DNA from: Flavobacteriales bacterium
GTDB taxonomy: Bacteria > Bacteroidota > Bacteroidia > NS11-12g > UBA955
NCBI GenBank assembly: GCA_947463095.1
Contig: CANHRE010000004.1
Location: 11,077-75,076 of the forward strand
DNA: 64,000 nt
Direction: 5' to 3'
Shown in pieces: positions 1-10,020 of the stretch (the first letter of the stretch is position 1; every line of letters starts with the position of its first letter). The notes beneath the pieces are model-generated. The model did not search any database. It was not told the origin of the DNA and saw only the letters and a program-made list of their open reading frames with translations. A program made the translations under genes and the position numbers.

Positions 1-950
1 TGGGAAAAATCCTTGCCATATACCTTTGTAATTTCTTTCTCGGCAGCACCGATGGCCAGCTTGGACAGGTTTACCGAGTCGGTACGCATATAAGTAATGT
101 GCCCATTTTCATAAAGACGCTGGGCCACCTGCATGGTCTGGGCCACACTGAATCCAAGTTTTCGGCTGGCTTCCTGCTGCAGGGTAGAGGTGGTAAAAGG
201 TGGTGCAGGGCTTCTGAAAGCTGGTTTTACTTCTACTCCGGTAACGCGGAATTTGGAAGGTATGCACGACTGAAGAAAGGCTGCCGCATCTTCTTCTGCA
301 GCAAAGCGGGTTTCCAGCGATGCCTTCAGCTTTTTGCCGCCGGCTGTCGTAAACTCGGCGCTGATGCGAAAGTCGCTGCGGCTGGTGAAATCGTTGATTT
401 CACGCTCCCTGTCCACAATCAGGCGCACCGCCACGCTTTGCACACGGCCCGCGCTGAGCGATGGCTTTACCTTTTTCCATAGCACCGGTGAAAGCTCGTA
501 GCCTACCAAACGGTCAAGCACACGTCTGGCCTGCTGGGCATCTACCAGATGCCTGTCAATGGTTCTGGGATGCTGCACGGCATGTTCAATGGCCGGCTTA
601 GTGATTTCATTAAAAACAATGCGCCTGGTGCTGCTATCTTCCAAACCCAATACCTCGAACAAATGCCAGGAAATGGCTTCCCCCTCACGGTCTTCGTCCG
701 TTGCCAGCCAGATGGTGTCTGCTTTTACAGCCAGTTTTTTCAGTTCTGAAACCAACGTTTTCTTATCGGGCGTTATTTCATATAAGGGAGCATAACCGGC
801 TTCTATGTTGATGGCCCCATCGCCTTTTTTCAGGTCGCGGATATGACCCATAGAAGAGCGCACAGTGAAATCCTTTCCAAGGTATTTCTCGATGGTCTTC
901 GCTTTAGCCGGAGACTCTACAATAACAAGATTCTTGATTCTTTCGGCCAT
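1..950 (-). CDS. topA: DNA topoisomerase I, N-terminal part (C-terminus lies beyond the window start)
   Basis: Reverse translation from the ATG at 948-950 gives MAERIKNLVIVESPAKAKTIEKYLGKDF..., then TOPRIM and DxDREGE-type motifs (WLATDEDREGEAISWH). The reading frame stays open to position 1. Confidence 0.9.
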   Translation of the reverse strand, partial: MAERIKNLVIVESPAKAKTIEKYLGKDFTVRSSMGHIRDLKKGDGAINIEAGYAPLYEITPDKKTLVSELKKLAVKADTIWLATDEDREGEAISWHLFEVLGLEDSSTRRIVFNEITKPAIEHAVQHPRTIDRHLVDAQQARRVLDRLVGYELSPVLWKKVKPSLSAGRVQSVAVRLIVDREREINDFTSRSDFRISAEFTTAGGKKLKASLETRFAAEEDAAAFLQSCIPSKFRVTGVEVKPAFRSPAPPFTTSTLQQEASRKLGFSVAQTMQVAQRLYENGHITYMRTDSVNLSKLAIGAAEKEITKVYGKDFS

Positions 951-3046
951 TATGGGTTATAAATAAATGGTTTAACAACGTTGAATCCGGCGCCCTCAAA
1001 TGCAACAAAATACATACCCTGGCTCAGGTTCAGTTGTTGCAGGTTGAGGGGTAAGCGATGCGTTCCTGCATGCAGCATGCCGCTGTTTTGTTCCTGCAAC
1101 ACACGACCTGTTGGGTCCAGCAGGCGCAGTTTGCCCGAACAGGGCGTTCGCAGGCTGATGCTGAAAGATGCGTCTGCCTGTGCTGGGTTGGGAAATACTT
1201 CTGCTGCCAGAATGGGTGAGCCGCTTAGTTCATTGATGGATGTAAAATACTGACTGATGTTGATGTCATCAATATATACGGGGTTACCGGCAGCACTTTC
1301 CACTTCAAATTTCACGGCAAAGGTGCTGGCATTTTCATATGGAGTCAGGCTCAGGCTGATGCGTTTCCACTCTGCCTGAGAAGCCGGAGCAAATCCCGGG
1401 GTCAGGCTGGTTACAGAAGCCAGTCCTGCACCGCTGCGCTCCAGAATCTGACTCCAGGTAGCGCCGCAGTTGTTGCTGATATATACACGCAAGGCCTCAT
1501 TGGTATTGGCGTCTGGCCGGGCGTAGGCCACCATGAATGAAAGCTTGGCAGACTGACCTTTGAGGATGCTGAGGTCAAATTGAGGGGTTTCAAACACGTA
1601 GCGGAGGCCGGCGGTGAAGCTGGCGTTGATGGGCAATATCAGGCTCTGTTGACCGAAATGAGCTACGGACTGCGTGGCGTTCCACCCCTTGCCGTTTACC
1701 GTATAGCTGGTCCAGCCAGGTGCCGGGAAGCTGGTTTCAAAGCCTTCCACCAGTGGACTTTTAAGACTGGCCGAGGCGGGTTTTACTGTAATATAATCGG
1801 TTTTGGAAGCCTGGTTGCTGCCCTTGCTGTTTTGTACCACTAGGGTTACAGAATAGGTTCCGGGTGTCTGATAGATGATTGTTGGTGATTCCAGCGTACT
1901 GGAAGGTGTACTGGCACCTGGGAATGACCAGCTTCTGGCGCTTACCAGACCTTTGCAGGATTCATCAAAAAAGCGCACAGGGTCGCCCGCACAAACCACC
2001 AGCCTGGAAGCGCTGAAGTTGGCTACCGGTGCAACAGAAGTTTGTGGTACAACTCCGGTATTGGTGGTCAGGTTGGTGGTGCTCACATTCTGGGCTCTTC
2101 CCCCGGAACTAATTCCAAGGAAATACCACATCCGGTCGCGTTGCTTGGGTGTAAACATGGCCATGCAGCTGCCATCGGAATAGTCCATATAGTTTTCCCA
2201 CTGGTCAGGAAGGTCAGGAACATCATTGGTGCAGGAGTTCCCGTTGGCAGGGCAGGATGCGTTTGAAAACTGTGCCGCCACCGGAGGGGTATCATCGCAT
2301 TGGTCGTTATTGCCGAAGCATCCATCCTGGAAGGTATGGTACAAACCAAGCCAATGGCCCAATTCGTGGGTGAGCGTGCGGCCACTGTCGGAAGGAACTG
2401 CTGTGCCGATGGTGCCCACCCGGTCGTGTCTGATTACAATGCCGTCGCGGGCTGCCGAGGTGGCGAAGGGGAATACGGCATAACCAAGAATGGTACCCGC
2501 GCCACCGCCATTATCTATATTGGTTACAACCCAGATGTTCAGGTAGCGGCGGTAATCCCATTTCGCTCCACTGAGGAATTTAACATCTTCGGTATTTTGA
2601 TTCACATTCACACCAAGCGGCGAGTACACCCGATTGATGCCATCTGTACAGTTGCCATTGGGGTCTATCCGTGCCAAACGGAATTCAATATCGGCTATGG
2701 CGGCCAGGGTTTTAAACGGACTTCTTATTTTACTTTTATTCGGATTGGTCAGGTTGAAATCCTGGTTTAATACCCTGATTTGATCCAGAATTTGCTCTTT
2801 GCTGATGTTCTCCGGTCCACCTGTATGGATGACGTGAAACACCACTGGTATGATGTACTTCGACCGCACCCCGCTGGATTTATACTGACGCGCTCCCTCA
2901 TCTAAGGCCTTGATGCGTGCAATTTCTTCCGGATGCTCCTTGAGGAAGTTTTGCAACCACATATCACTGCCGCAGGACTGTGCCGCTGCGCTGCCTATAC
3001 CAGACAGCAACAATGCCGCACAGAGGGTTTTTATGAATGACTTCAC
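950..3046 (-). CDS. Secreted M43-family (cytophagalysin/pappalysin-like) zinc metalloprotease with a T9SS C-terminal sorting domain
   Basis: 698 aa with an N-terminal signal peptide (MKSFIKTLCAALLLSGIGSAAAQ). It has the HExxH motif TLTHELGHWLGLYHTF followed by Cys-rich M43-like segments. The C-terminal ~80 aa resemble a Por/T9SS CTD (…GMYFVAFEGAGFNVVKPFIYNP). Its stop codon overlaps the topA start (ATAATG). Confidence 0.75.
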   Translation of the reverse strand: MKSFIKTLCAALLLSGIGSAAAQSCGSDMWLQNFLKEHPEEIARIKALDEGARQYKSSGVRSKYIIPVVFHVIHTGGPENISKEQILDQIRVLNQDFNLTNPNKSKIRSPFKTLAAIADIEFRLARIDPNGNCTDGINRVYSPLGVNVNQNTEDVKFLSGAKWDYRRYLNIWVVTNIDNGGGAGTILGYAVFPFATSAARDGIVIRHDRVGTIGTAVPSDSGRTLTHELGHWLGLYHTFQDGCFGNNDQCDDTPPVAAQFSNASCPANGNSCTNDVPDLPDQWENYMDYSDGSCMAMFTPKQRDRMWYFLGISSGGRAQNVSTTNLTTNTGVVPQTSVAPVANFSASRLVVCAGDPVRFFDESCKGLVSARSWSFPGASTPSSTLESPTIIYQTPGTYSVTLVVQNSKGSNQASKTDYITVKPASASLKSPLVEGFETSFPAPGWTSYTVNGKGWNATQSVAHFGQQSLILPINASFTAGLRYVFETPQFDLSILKGQSAKLSFMVAYARPDANTNEALRVYISNNCGATWSQILERSGAGLASVTSLTPGFAPASQAEWKRISLSLTPYENASTFAVKFEVESAAGNPVYIDDINISQYFTSINELSGSPILAAEVFPNPAQADASFSISLRTPCSGKLRLLDPTGRVLQEQNSGMLHAGTHRLPLNLQQLNLSQGMYFVAFEGAGFNVVKPFIYNP

Positions 3047-3112
3047 TTTTCAGGCTTTGCTGCAAATGTACCCAAATGAAGCACTATTCGCCTGAAGGAT
3101 ATGCAATATTCT

Positions 3113-4477
3113 TTACCACCGGCACTGCTGGATATCCAGGATGCAATACGGCGCAGGGCTTAGGTTGTAGCCTTTTGCATGAAGCGCTGAAACTGGCAGG
3201 GAACGCTCGAAAACTGCTCCCGAGAATAGCGCATCACGGTAGGAGGAATCCGGTTGCTCTTCCCGCATTAGTTTCACGCTGACCATGGTTTTTCCGGCTT
3301 GGAATATCCGGCTGCACATCAATGTTTCATAAGGCAGGGCCCAGGAGGCATGCAGGCGCCTATCCATCTGCCCGGGTGCTCCGGTGATGGCTATTTTCCC
3401 CGATGGACAAGCCTTGTTGGCGAACGCAACCAGACTCCGTAACTGCTTATGGCGGTTTAGGGACCACTGTTGTGCCAGGGTCAACTGGTATGCGCCAAAC
3501 AGCACTATGGCCGCCATCAGCATCCCATATTGCCTTTGATGACCGGCTGTGTTGGCCGCTTCCATCATAGGCAGGCTGAGAAACAGGAACAGGGGAATCA
3601 GGTTCTTTTCCAAAACTTGGTCGCTGTCGCCTTCCCAAAACAGGAGTGCAAGCAGGGTGAACAGGAACAATCCCGCGATACCGTGCCAAAGCATCTTCAT
3701 TGGCTGCTTCCGGTACAGCCAAATGGCACTGCCCGACAGCAGCAGCAGCGCTGCGCCGCTGCCATGAAGCGCGGTGCGCCACAGGTATGAGGGGATGTAG
3801 GCTTCCGGCAGGCGTTCGGGATGCAGCAGGTGCAAAAGAAACCCTTGTTCGTAGGTGTCCTGACTCCATAATTTAAGGATGGCCAGCAATATCAGGCCAC
3901 CGGCCAAGGGCCACCAGCTTTGGAAAGGCTCGCTCAGGGCCTGACGGGTAGCCATGAACAGCAGCGCAGGTAATATTCCGCTGTGGGAACCCGCCGATAG
4001 CACAAAAAGCAAGGCTGCCAGGTAAGGGCTTCCCTGTTTGCTGTAAACTGCATGCCATCCAAGCGCGAAAACGGCAGCCAGGTACATTTCACTAACCGGA
4101 ACAAACCATGCCGAGGCGGTCCATACGCTGCACAGCATAAAACAGGCCAGCGCAGTGCCATGAAGGTTCCTCTTAAAAGCATACAAGGCCAATATAAAAA
4201 CTGGCAGTTGCAGGGAAATACTGTAAACCACCAGTACAGCATGTAAATCCAGGCCGGCATGCACCGACAGCCAGGGTGAAAATTGGGTAAGTACAGCGCT
4301 ATACCTCAGGTGTCCGAAATCCATCTGACCATATTGAAACAGCCGCCAACTCATAAAGGCGCTGTCGGCGTAGAGCATGCGCAAAGGCCACCAGATGAGG
4401 GCCAGTATAAGCAAGGCGCTGTTAAGCCCCAGCAGCAGGGCGCCGGTTCCGGGCCACTTCTTGTAAATAGGATTCAA
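3113..4477 (-). CDS. Polytopic inner-membrane protein (about 11-12 TM helices plus a C-terminal soluble domain); possible glycosyl-/polymer-transferase partner of the adjacent GT4
   Basis: 454 aa, almost entirely hydrophobic helices. It overlaps the 3' end of the GT4 gene by 56 nt, and an alternative start at M34 (about 4378) would remove the overlap. No confident family call is possible from sequence alone. Confidence 0.5.
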   Translation of the reverse strand: MNPIYKKWPGTGALLLGLNSALLILALIWWPLRMLYADSAFMSWRLFQYGQMDFGHLRYSAVLTQFSPWLSVHAGLDLHAVLVVYSISLQLPVFILALYAFKRNLHGTALACFMLCSVWTASAWFVPVSEMYLAAVFALGWHAVYSKQGSPYLAALLFVLSAGSHSGILPALLFMATRQALSEPFQSWWPLAGGLILLAILKLWSQDTYEQGFLLHLLHPERLPEAYIPSYLWRTALHGSGAALLLLSGSAIWLYRKQPMKMLWHGIAGLFLFTLLALLFWEGDSDQVLEKNLIPLFLFLSLPMMEAANTAGHQRQYGMLMAAIVLFGAYQLTLAQQWSLNRHKQLRSLVAFANKACPSGKIAITGAPGQMDRRLHASWALPYETLMCSRIFQAGKTMVSVKLMREEQPDSSYRDALFSGAVFERSLPVSALHAKGYNLSPAPYCILDIQQCRW

Positions 4478-5627
4478 GTTGAAGCGCTATGATATCCCAG
4501 TCGAAGCGTGTTTCCACCAATGCCCTTCCTTGTAGGCCAATCAGTCGTCGCTCTTCGGGATGTTCCAGTAAATGATTTACGGCGGTGCTGAATGCTTCAT
4601 CGCTCTCGCACATCACGGCGCCGTTGCCGCTTTCTATTCCCAGGCCTTTAAACCCTACCGGGGTGCACACCACCGGTACGGCCATGCTGAAGGCCTCCAA
4701 GACCTTATTTTGGGTGCCGGCACCAAAGCGCAATGGCGCTACCACCACGCAGGCGCGGGCATATTCTTCCGCCAGGTCGGGGACAAATCCCGTTACCTCC
4801 ACGCCAGGGCCGCGCAGCGCTGTTACAGCAGCCACAGGCCTTTGTCCGGCGATGACAAATAACACATCTGGGTGTTTTTTTTGGATTTCGGGCAAAATGT
4901 GCTGCGAAAAATGCACTACCGCATCAACATTGGGCGCATAATCCATATTCCCCGTGAACAGCAGCCGCTTCCCTTGATGGCCCGTTGTGGCTGCCGGATG
5001 GAATGCCCTGCTGTCAACGCCGTTGGGAAGCAGCGCGATTCTGGCCTGAGGATGTTGCTGTTGCAGGAACGCCATATCCTCAACACTGCATACCAGGTTA
5101 AGCGGGAAAAGGTTCAGAACCTGTTCATATTGGGCAATGCGCCGTTGTTCTATTTGATCAAACAGCCTTTGCCACCAGGGCCGGGGAACCTGACCCCTTC
5201 TTTTCCAATAAAGAGAAAATGCATCGGGGAGGTCCAATACCACAGGCCATCCGGCAGGTTTTGGAAAATATTGGGCCATGCGCAGATGCTGCACATGTAT
5301 GGCATCAAAATGTTCCTGAGCCAACAAATTGTTTAGGGCTTTGCCAAAACCCCTCGAGCGGAAAAATGCCACCTGGAACGGTATGCGGCTGAAGACAGCC
5401 TTCGCGCATTGCAGCACGGAATGGCGGCGTGGCAGAGGTACCAGGGTGATGTTTGCGAAATGCTTCCGCAGCTCGGGAAGATGTTGCAAGTCATTGGGGT
5501 CCTCCAGAAAGGTTATCAGGTGAAGGCGGTGTTTCCCGCTCAGCCTGCGCGCCAGATTCCAAATCTTGAGTTTGTCACCCCGGAAAGGTGGGTAAGGGAA
5601 TCGGTTGGCAACGAAAAGGATATTCAC
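4422..5627 (-). CDS. Glycosyltransferase family 4 (GT-B fold, retaining)
   Basis: 401 aa beginning MNILFVANRFPYPPFRGDKLKIWNL…, which is typical of a GT4 N-terminus. The C-terminal half has the EX7E-like region of GT4/GT1 enzymes (…VVAPLRFGAGTQNKVLEAFSMAVPVV…). Confidence 0.75.
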   Translation of the reverse strand: MNILFVANRFPYPPFRGDKLKIWNLARRLSGKHRLHLITFLEDPNDLQHLPELRKHFANITLVPLPRRHSVLQCAKAVFSRIPFQVAFFRSRGFGKALNNLLAQEHFDAIHVQHLRMAQYFPKPAGWPVVLDLPDAFSLYWKRRGQVPRPWWQRLFDQIEQRRIAQYEQVLNLFPLNLVCSVEDMAFLQQQHPQARIALLPNGVDSRAFHPAATTGHQGKRLLFTGNMDYAPNVDAVVHFSQHILPEIQKKHPDVLFVIAGQRPVAAVTALRGPGVEVTGFVPDLAEEYARACVVVAPLRFGAGTQNKVLEAFSMAVPVVCTPVGFKGLGIESGNGAVMCESDEAFSTAVNHLLEHPEERRLIGLQGRALVETRFDWDIIALQLESYLQEVARNRRPAAGA

Positions 5628-5700
5628 CGCGCGGCAAATTTAAGCGATGAATACGGGCTGCAGTGCTCGGCAGGGCAGCTATCGTTAAAATGGTTTAAGT

Positions 5701-6903
5701 TTGCCGTGCATGCTACACGCCGCGCAGAGAATTTCAGAAATTAACGAAAGCGAGACACTGGCCATGACCAAGCTGGCCAGAGCGTTGAAAGAGGCCGGAA
5801 AGGATGTTATCAGCCTGAGCATCGGCGAGCCTGATTTTGATACGCCCGAACACATCGGTGCTGCCGCCATTCAGGCCATCCATGAAGGGTTTACCCATTA
5901 TACCCCGGTGCTTGGTTTCCAGGATTTCCGGGAAGCGATTTGCCGTAAACTGCTGCGCGAAAACGGATTGACTTATCAGGCATCGGAAATTATCGTGAGC
6001 ACCGGCGCAAAACACACGCTGGTGAACATCATGCTGGCGGTACTCAATCCGGGTGATGAAGTTGTCATCCCCGCCCCGTACTGGGTGAGTTATCCGGCCA
6101 TGGTGCGCTATGCCGGCGGCGTTCCTGTATTTCTGAATACCACCGTGGAACAGGACTATAAGCCAACAGCAGCGCAACTCAGGGCTGCCATAAGCCCAAA
6201 AACCAAAATGTTCCTGTTCAGCAGCCCCTGCAACCCCAGCGGTACGGTATTCCAGCCTGAAGACCTGGAAACATATGCGGCGGTGTTGCGCGAATTCCCC
6301 GATATCCTGGTGGTAAGCGACGAGATTTACGAACACATTATCTTTGAAGGAAAGCACCTGAGCATTGCCGGTCTGCCCGGATTTAAAGACCGCACGGCCG
6401 TAGTAAATGGTCTTTCCAAAGGCTATGCCATGACCGGATGGCGCATGGGGTATATGGCCGGGCCGCAATGGCTGGTAAAAGCCTGCGAAAAATTACAGGG
6501 GGTGTTTACCAGCGGGGCAAACAGCATAGCACAGAAAGCAGGGATTGCCGCGCTGGATGGAACCATGGAGCCCACACGTCATATGCGCGAGGTATTCAGA
6601 GCACGCCGCAACCTGGTGCTCTCCGAACTTTCGAAAATACAGGGTCTGAAAATCAACGTTCCGGAAGGTGCATTTTATGTGTTTCCCGATATTTCCCATT
6701 TCCTTGGAAAATCCTTCCAGGGGAATACCATGAGCGATTCCAATGAGCTGGCCATCTACTTGCTGAATGAAGCCCTGGTTGCTACTGTTGCTGGTGATGC
6801 TTTTGGCATGCCGTCATGCATCCGCCTTTCCTATGCCACCGATGAAGCCAGCTTGCTCAAGGCCTGCTCCAGGATGAAGGAAGCACTGGAGAAACTCAGC
6901 TGA
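5701..6903 (+). CDS. Class I/II pyridoxal-phosphate aminotransferase (aspartate/aromatic aminotransferase-like)
   Basis: 400 aa. The N-terminus RISEINESETLAMTKLARALKEAGKDVISLSIGEPDFDTP matches the AspAT-family N-terminus, and the PLP-lysine region is NGLSKGYAMTGWRMGY. The true start may be M4 (5710). The gene is divergent from the GT4 gene. Confidence 0.8.
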   Translation: MPCMLHAAQRISEINESETLAMTKLARALKEAGKDVISLSIGEPDFDTPEHIGAAAIQAIHEGFTHYTPVLGFQDFREAICRKLLRENGLTYQASEIIVSTGAKHTLVNIMLAVLNPGDEVVIPAPYWVSYPAMVRYAGGVPVFLNTTVEQDYKPTAAQLRAAISPKTKMFLFSSPCNPSGTVFQPEDLETYAAVLREFPDILVVSDEIYEHIIFEGKHLSIAGLPGFKDRTAVVNGLSKGYAMTGWRMGYMAGPQWLVKACEKLQGVFTSGANSIAQKAGIAALDGTMEPTRHMREVFRARRNLVLSELSKIQGLKINVPEGAFYVFPDISHFLGKSFQGNTMSDSNELAIYLLNEALVATVAGDAFGMPSCIRLSYATDEASLLKACSRMKEALEKLS

Positions 6904-6917
6904 GCTTTGAATTAACT

Positions 6918-7916
6918 TTGCGCATCCCGATGCATACAAATTTTGAATCTTTATTTCGTTCATTCCGCAGCCTGAGGGTGCTGATAGTGGGGGATGTGAT
7001 GGTGGATGCCTATTACTTTGGCAGCGTTGACCGCATTTCTCCTGAAGCACCGGTGCCCGTAGTGTTGGTGGACAAACAGGAAACCCGCCTGGGCGGGGCC
7101 GGTAATGTGGCGTTGAATGTACATGCCCTGGGTGCGCAACCCGTGCTGTGCACCGTTATTGGAACAGATAAAGAAGGCGAAGGTCTCAGGGCTCTGCTTC
7201 GGGCTCAGGGTCTGAGCGAGCGCGGAATCCTGGAAAGCGAAAAGCGCAAAACCACGACCAAAACCCGCGTGATTGGCAACAAACACCAAATTGTGCGCAT
7301 TGACCATGAACTCACCGAGAACCTGGATAAAATGGACAGCTTCCTGCTGCTCGAATCTGTGAAGCGCGAACTCGAACAGGCCGATGTGCTGATCATGGAA
7401 GACTATAACAAGGGTGTACTTCACGAGGGTAACATCAAGGCCATCATCGCCCTGGCGAAGGAAGCCGGTGTTCCCGTAGTGGTAGATCCCAAAAAGAAGA
7501 ACTTCCTGGAATATGCCGGCGTAACCCTGTTCAAGCCCAACCTGAAGGAAATCAAGGAAGGGCTGAACATCACCACCGACCTGAGGCAACCAGAACAGCT
7601 TAGCGCCGCAGTTTCTCAGTTGCAGGAGAAATTGGGCAATACCTATACCATGGTTACCTTGTCGGAACAGGGTGTGTTTATTTCCGGAAAGGGGCAGTCC
7701 CATCATATTCCGGCACACCTCAGGAACATCGCCGATGTTTCCGGCGCCGGCGATACGGTAGTCAGCGTGGCAGCCCTATGCCTGGCGCTGGAAACCGATA
7801 TCCAGTTGCTGGCAGCGCTGAGCAACCTTGCCGGAGGTATTGTTTGTGAACAAACAGGGGTAGTGCCTATTGAAGCAGAACGCCTTAAGGCGGAAGCTGA
7901 ACGACTCCTGGTCTGA
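6918..7916 (+). CDS. PfkB-family sugar kinase resembling the D-glycero-beta-D-manno-heptose-7-phosphate kinase domain (HldE/RfaE domain I), standalone
   Basis: 332 aa. LRVLIVGDVMVDAYYFGSVDRISPEAPVPVV and GGAGNVALN match the HldE kinase N-terminus, and DVSGAGDTVVSVAALCLAL is a PfkB signature. There is no fused adenylyltransferase domain. The likely start is M5 (6930). Confidence 0.65.
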   Translation: MRIPMHTNFESLFRSFRSLRVLIVGDVMVDAYYFGSVDRISPEAPVPVVLVDKQETRLGGAGNVALNVHALGAQPVLCTVIGTDKEGEGLRALLRAQGLSERGILESEKRKTTTKTRVIGNKHQIVRIDHELTENLDKMDSFLLLESVKRELEQADVLIMEDYNKGVLHEGNIKAIIALAKEAGVPVVVDPKKKNFLEYAGVTLFKPNLKEIKEGLNITTDLRQPEQLSAAVSQLQEKLGNTYTMVTLSEQGVFISGKGQSHHIPAHLRNIADVSGAGDTVVSVAALCLALETDIQLLAALSNLAGGIVCEQTGVVPIEAERLKAEAERLLV

Positions 7917-7957
7917 ACTTTGTACAAGTTCTAAACCATTCCACCGTTATCTCATTC

Positions 7958-8842
7958 ATGACAAAGAAGCATTCAAAGACCTTCTTCCTTTGCCTGAGTT
8001 TCCTGTTGTTTCAGGCTGCCCAGGCACAAAAACCCTTCCTGTTTAAAGTGCAGGGTAAGGGACTAAAAGAGGCTTCCTATTTATTTGGTACCTATCATGT
8101 GATGGGAAGCCGCTACCTGGATGGTTTTCCAGTGGTGGATCAGGCCTTTCGTTCCTGCAAGGGACTGGTGAATGAGGTGCGCCTGTCGTCGGTAAATCCG
8201 TATCAGATGGCCGCCTTGTTGATGATGAAGGACAACAGCATCTCAGCCATGCTCGATACCACGGCCTATGCTTTGGTGAGCGATGCCCTGAAACAGTATT
8301 ACGGATTTCGACTGCAGCAGTTTGACCAAATGAAGCCCATGCTGGTGCAAACCATGCTCATTTCTGCTTTTGCCCGCCAATGGGACACCATGTTGAACCG
8401 CTACGAAGGGGTGGCGCTGGATGCCTGGTTTGAACAAATGGCCGACAGCCTGAAGAAAGAGGTTACACCTTTAGAAACCTTCGACGAGCAGTATCAGTCT
8501 TTGTTCGTAGAAAAATCGGAAGAGGAACAGGCTAAGGAACTTAGTGATATGGTGCTGAAGACAGATTCGGTGCGCCGCGATTTTCAGGCGATGACACGCG
8601 CCTTTTATTCAGGAAACCTGGATTCGATGTGGCTGGTGCTGTCTGCCACTGGGAATCCTAACGAAGCCGCTGATATGGAACGACTGCTGAAAAAACGCAA
8701 CCTTAAGTGGTTGGAGCAGCTTCCCGGAACGATGGAACGGAAATCGCAGTTTGTGGCTGTTGGCGCAGCTCATCTGGCCGGCCCGTTCGGCTTGGTGGCC
8801 GGACTGAAGGCCAAAGGCTATCAGGTAATTCAGGTATTATGA
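7958..8842 (+). CDS. TraB/GumN family protein (periplasmic, signal peptide)
   Basis: 294 aa with a signal peptide (MTKKHSKTFFLCLSFLLFQAAQAQ). The LFGTYHV motif and overall layout are typical of the TraB/GumN family. Confidence 0.6.
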   Translation: MTKKHSKTFFLCLSFLLFQAAQAQKPFLFKVQGKGLKEASYLFGTYHVMGSRYLDGFPVVDQAFRSCKGLVNEVRLSSVNPYQMAALLMMKDNSISAMLDTTAYALVSDALKQYYGFRLQQFDQMKPMLVQTMLISAFARQWDTMLNRYEGVALDAWFEQMADSLKKEVTPLETFDEQYQSLFVEKSEEEQAKELSDMVLKTDSVRRDFQAMTRAFYSGNLDSMWLVLSATGNPNEAADMERLLKKRNLKWLEQLPGTMERKSQFVAVGAAHLAGPFGLVAGLKAKGYQVIQVL

Positions 8843-9984
8843 GCAGTCAGGCCGCTGCCTCCTGGTGGGAAAGGCGCTACTGGGAAGACGTAGATGTGGC
8901 CGTGGCAGGCGCCGGTATTGTGGGTTTGCTTACCGCCATTCGCATCCGCGAGCGCAAGCCAAACTACCGCATTGTGGTGCTTGACCGCGACCCACTTGCC
9001 CTGGGAGCCAGCAGCAGAAATGCAGGCTTTGCGTGTTTTGGCAGCATCACTGAACTGCTGGATGATATTGGTGAAGAAGGCTGGGATGCCGCGCTGGAGC
9101 TTGCCGTTCGGCGCTATGAAGGTTTTCAGGCACTGCGCAATATCTGCGGCGATGCGGCCATCGGCCTGAACCTTTGCGGAAGCAGGGAAGTATTTCTTCC
9201 CGGAGAAGAAGGGCGCTACCGCGAAGCCCTGCAGCTGATGCCCGAACTCAACAGCGCCCTGGCATCCATCACCGGCGAAGAAGCTACCTTCTGTGCCGCG
9301 GATGCCAGCCAACTAGCCATGAACGTGCTGTCGGAATCGCTTGTGAACCGCTGCGAAGGAATCCTGGAAACGGATATGCTGCTGCGTCGCCTCAGAAACC
9401 TGGCAACCGCGCAAGGTATCGAGTTGTATGGAGGGTTTGAAATGGGTCTGCACGAACGCAGCGGCCAGGGATTTCGCATCCGTTGCGGCAGACATGAATT
9501 GAATGCACGCCTGCTGGTGTATTGCACCAATGCCTTCACCCCTCAGTTTTTTCCTGATTTACCCATCGTTCCAGCCAGGGGACAAGTACTGGTAACCACA
9601 CCGCTGGCACAAACCCTTCCCAATGAAGCGTTTTTCTATGACCGCGGATATACCTATTTCCGTCCTGTTTTCGGAAATCGTCTGCTGATGGGTGGTTTCA
9701 GGAACAAGGATTTTTCTGCTGAAGAAACCTATTCCCTGGATCCAGGAGGAACAGTTTGGCAGGAATTGATGCGTTTCACCACAGCGGTGGTACTGCCTGG
9801 TCAGACCTGGGAAGTGGCTTATTCCTGGGCAGGTACGATGGCCATGGGCGCTGAACGCAGTCCTGTCATCTGTGCCACAGAACCTGGTGTGGTGGTTTGC
9901 GCCCGCATGTCGGGGATGGGCGTAGCCCTTTCGGCAAAGGTTTCGCAGGAAGCGACTGAATTACTACTGCAACAGGTGTATTGA
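8840..9984 (+). CDS. FAD-dependent oxidoreductase (DAO/glycine-oxidase-like family)
   Basis: Dinucleotide-binding motif VAVAGAGIVGLLTAIRI…VVLDRD…GASSRNAGF close to the N-terminus. The start is taken as the ATG at 8840 (MSSQAAASWW…), not the 8707 start in the ORF track, because that upstream extension overlaps the TraB/GumN gene. Confidence 0.7.
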
Positions 9985-10020
9985 CGGCTTTTAGAGGCTT
10001 GGAGTCTTAACTTCGCGCCG

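Noticed and set aside
5734-6468. 244-aa antisense ORF inside the aminotransferase gene, plus the many other 60-250-aa frames antisense to or overlapping confident genes, for example 99-482, 1875-2183, 3447-3869, 11507-12142, 22906-23433, 26065-26658, 45779-46921 and 57762-58550
   Set aside because: These frames are fully contained within well-supported genes on the other strand or in another frame. They have a high-GC third-position artefact composition and no recognisable motifs. They are treated as non-coding shadows.
8707-8839. Upstream extension of the FAD-oxidoreductase ORF (track start 8707)
   Set aside because: The extension overlaps the 3' end of the TraB/GumN gene in another frame and precedes the Rossmann motif by about 60 aa. 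The ATG at 8840 puts the GxGxxG motif at the expected N-terminal distance.
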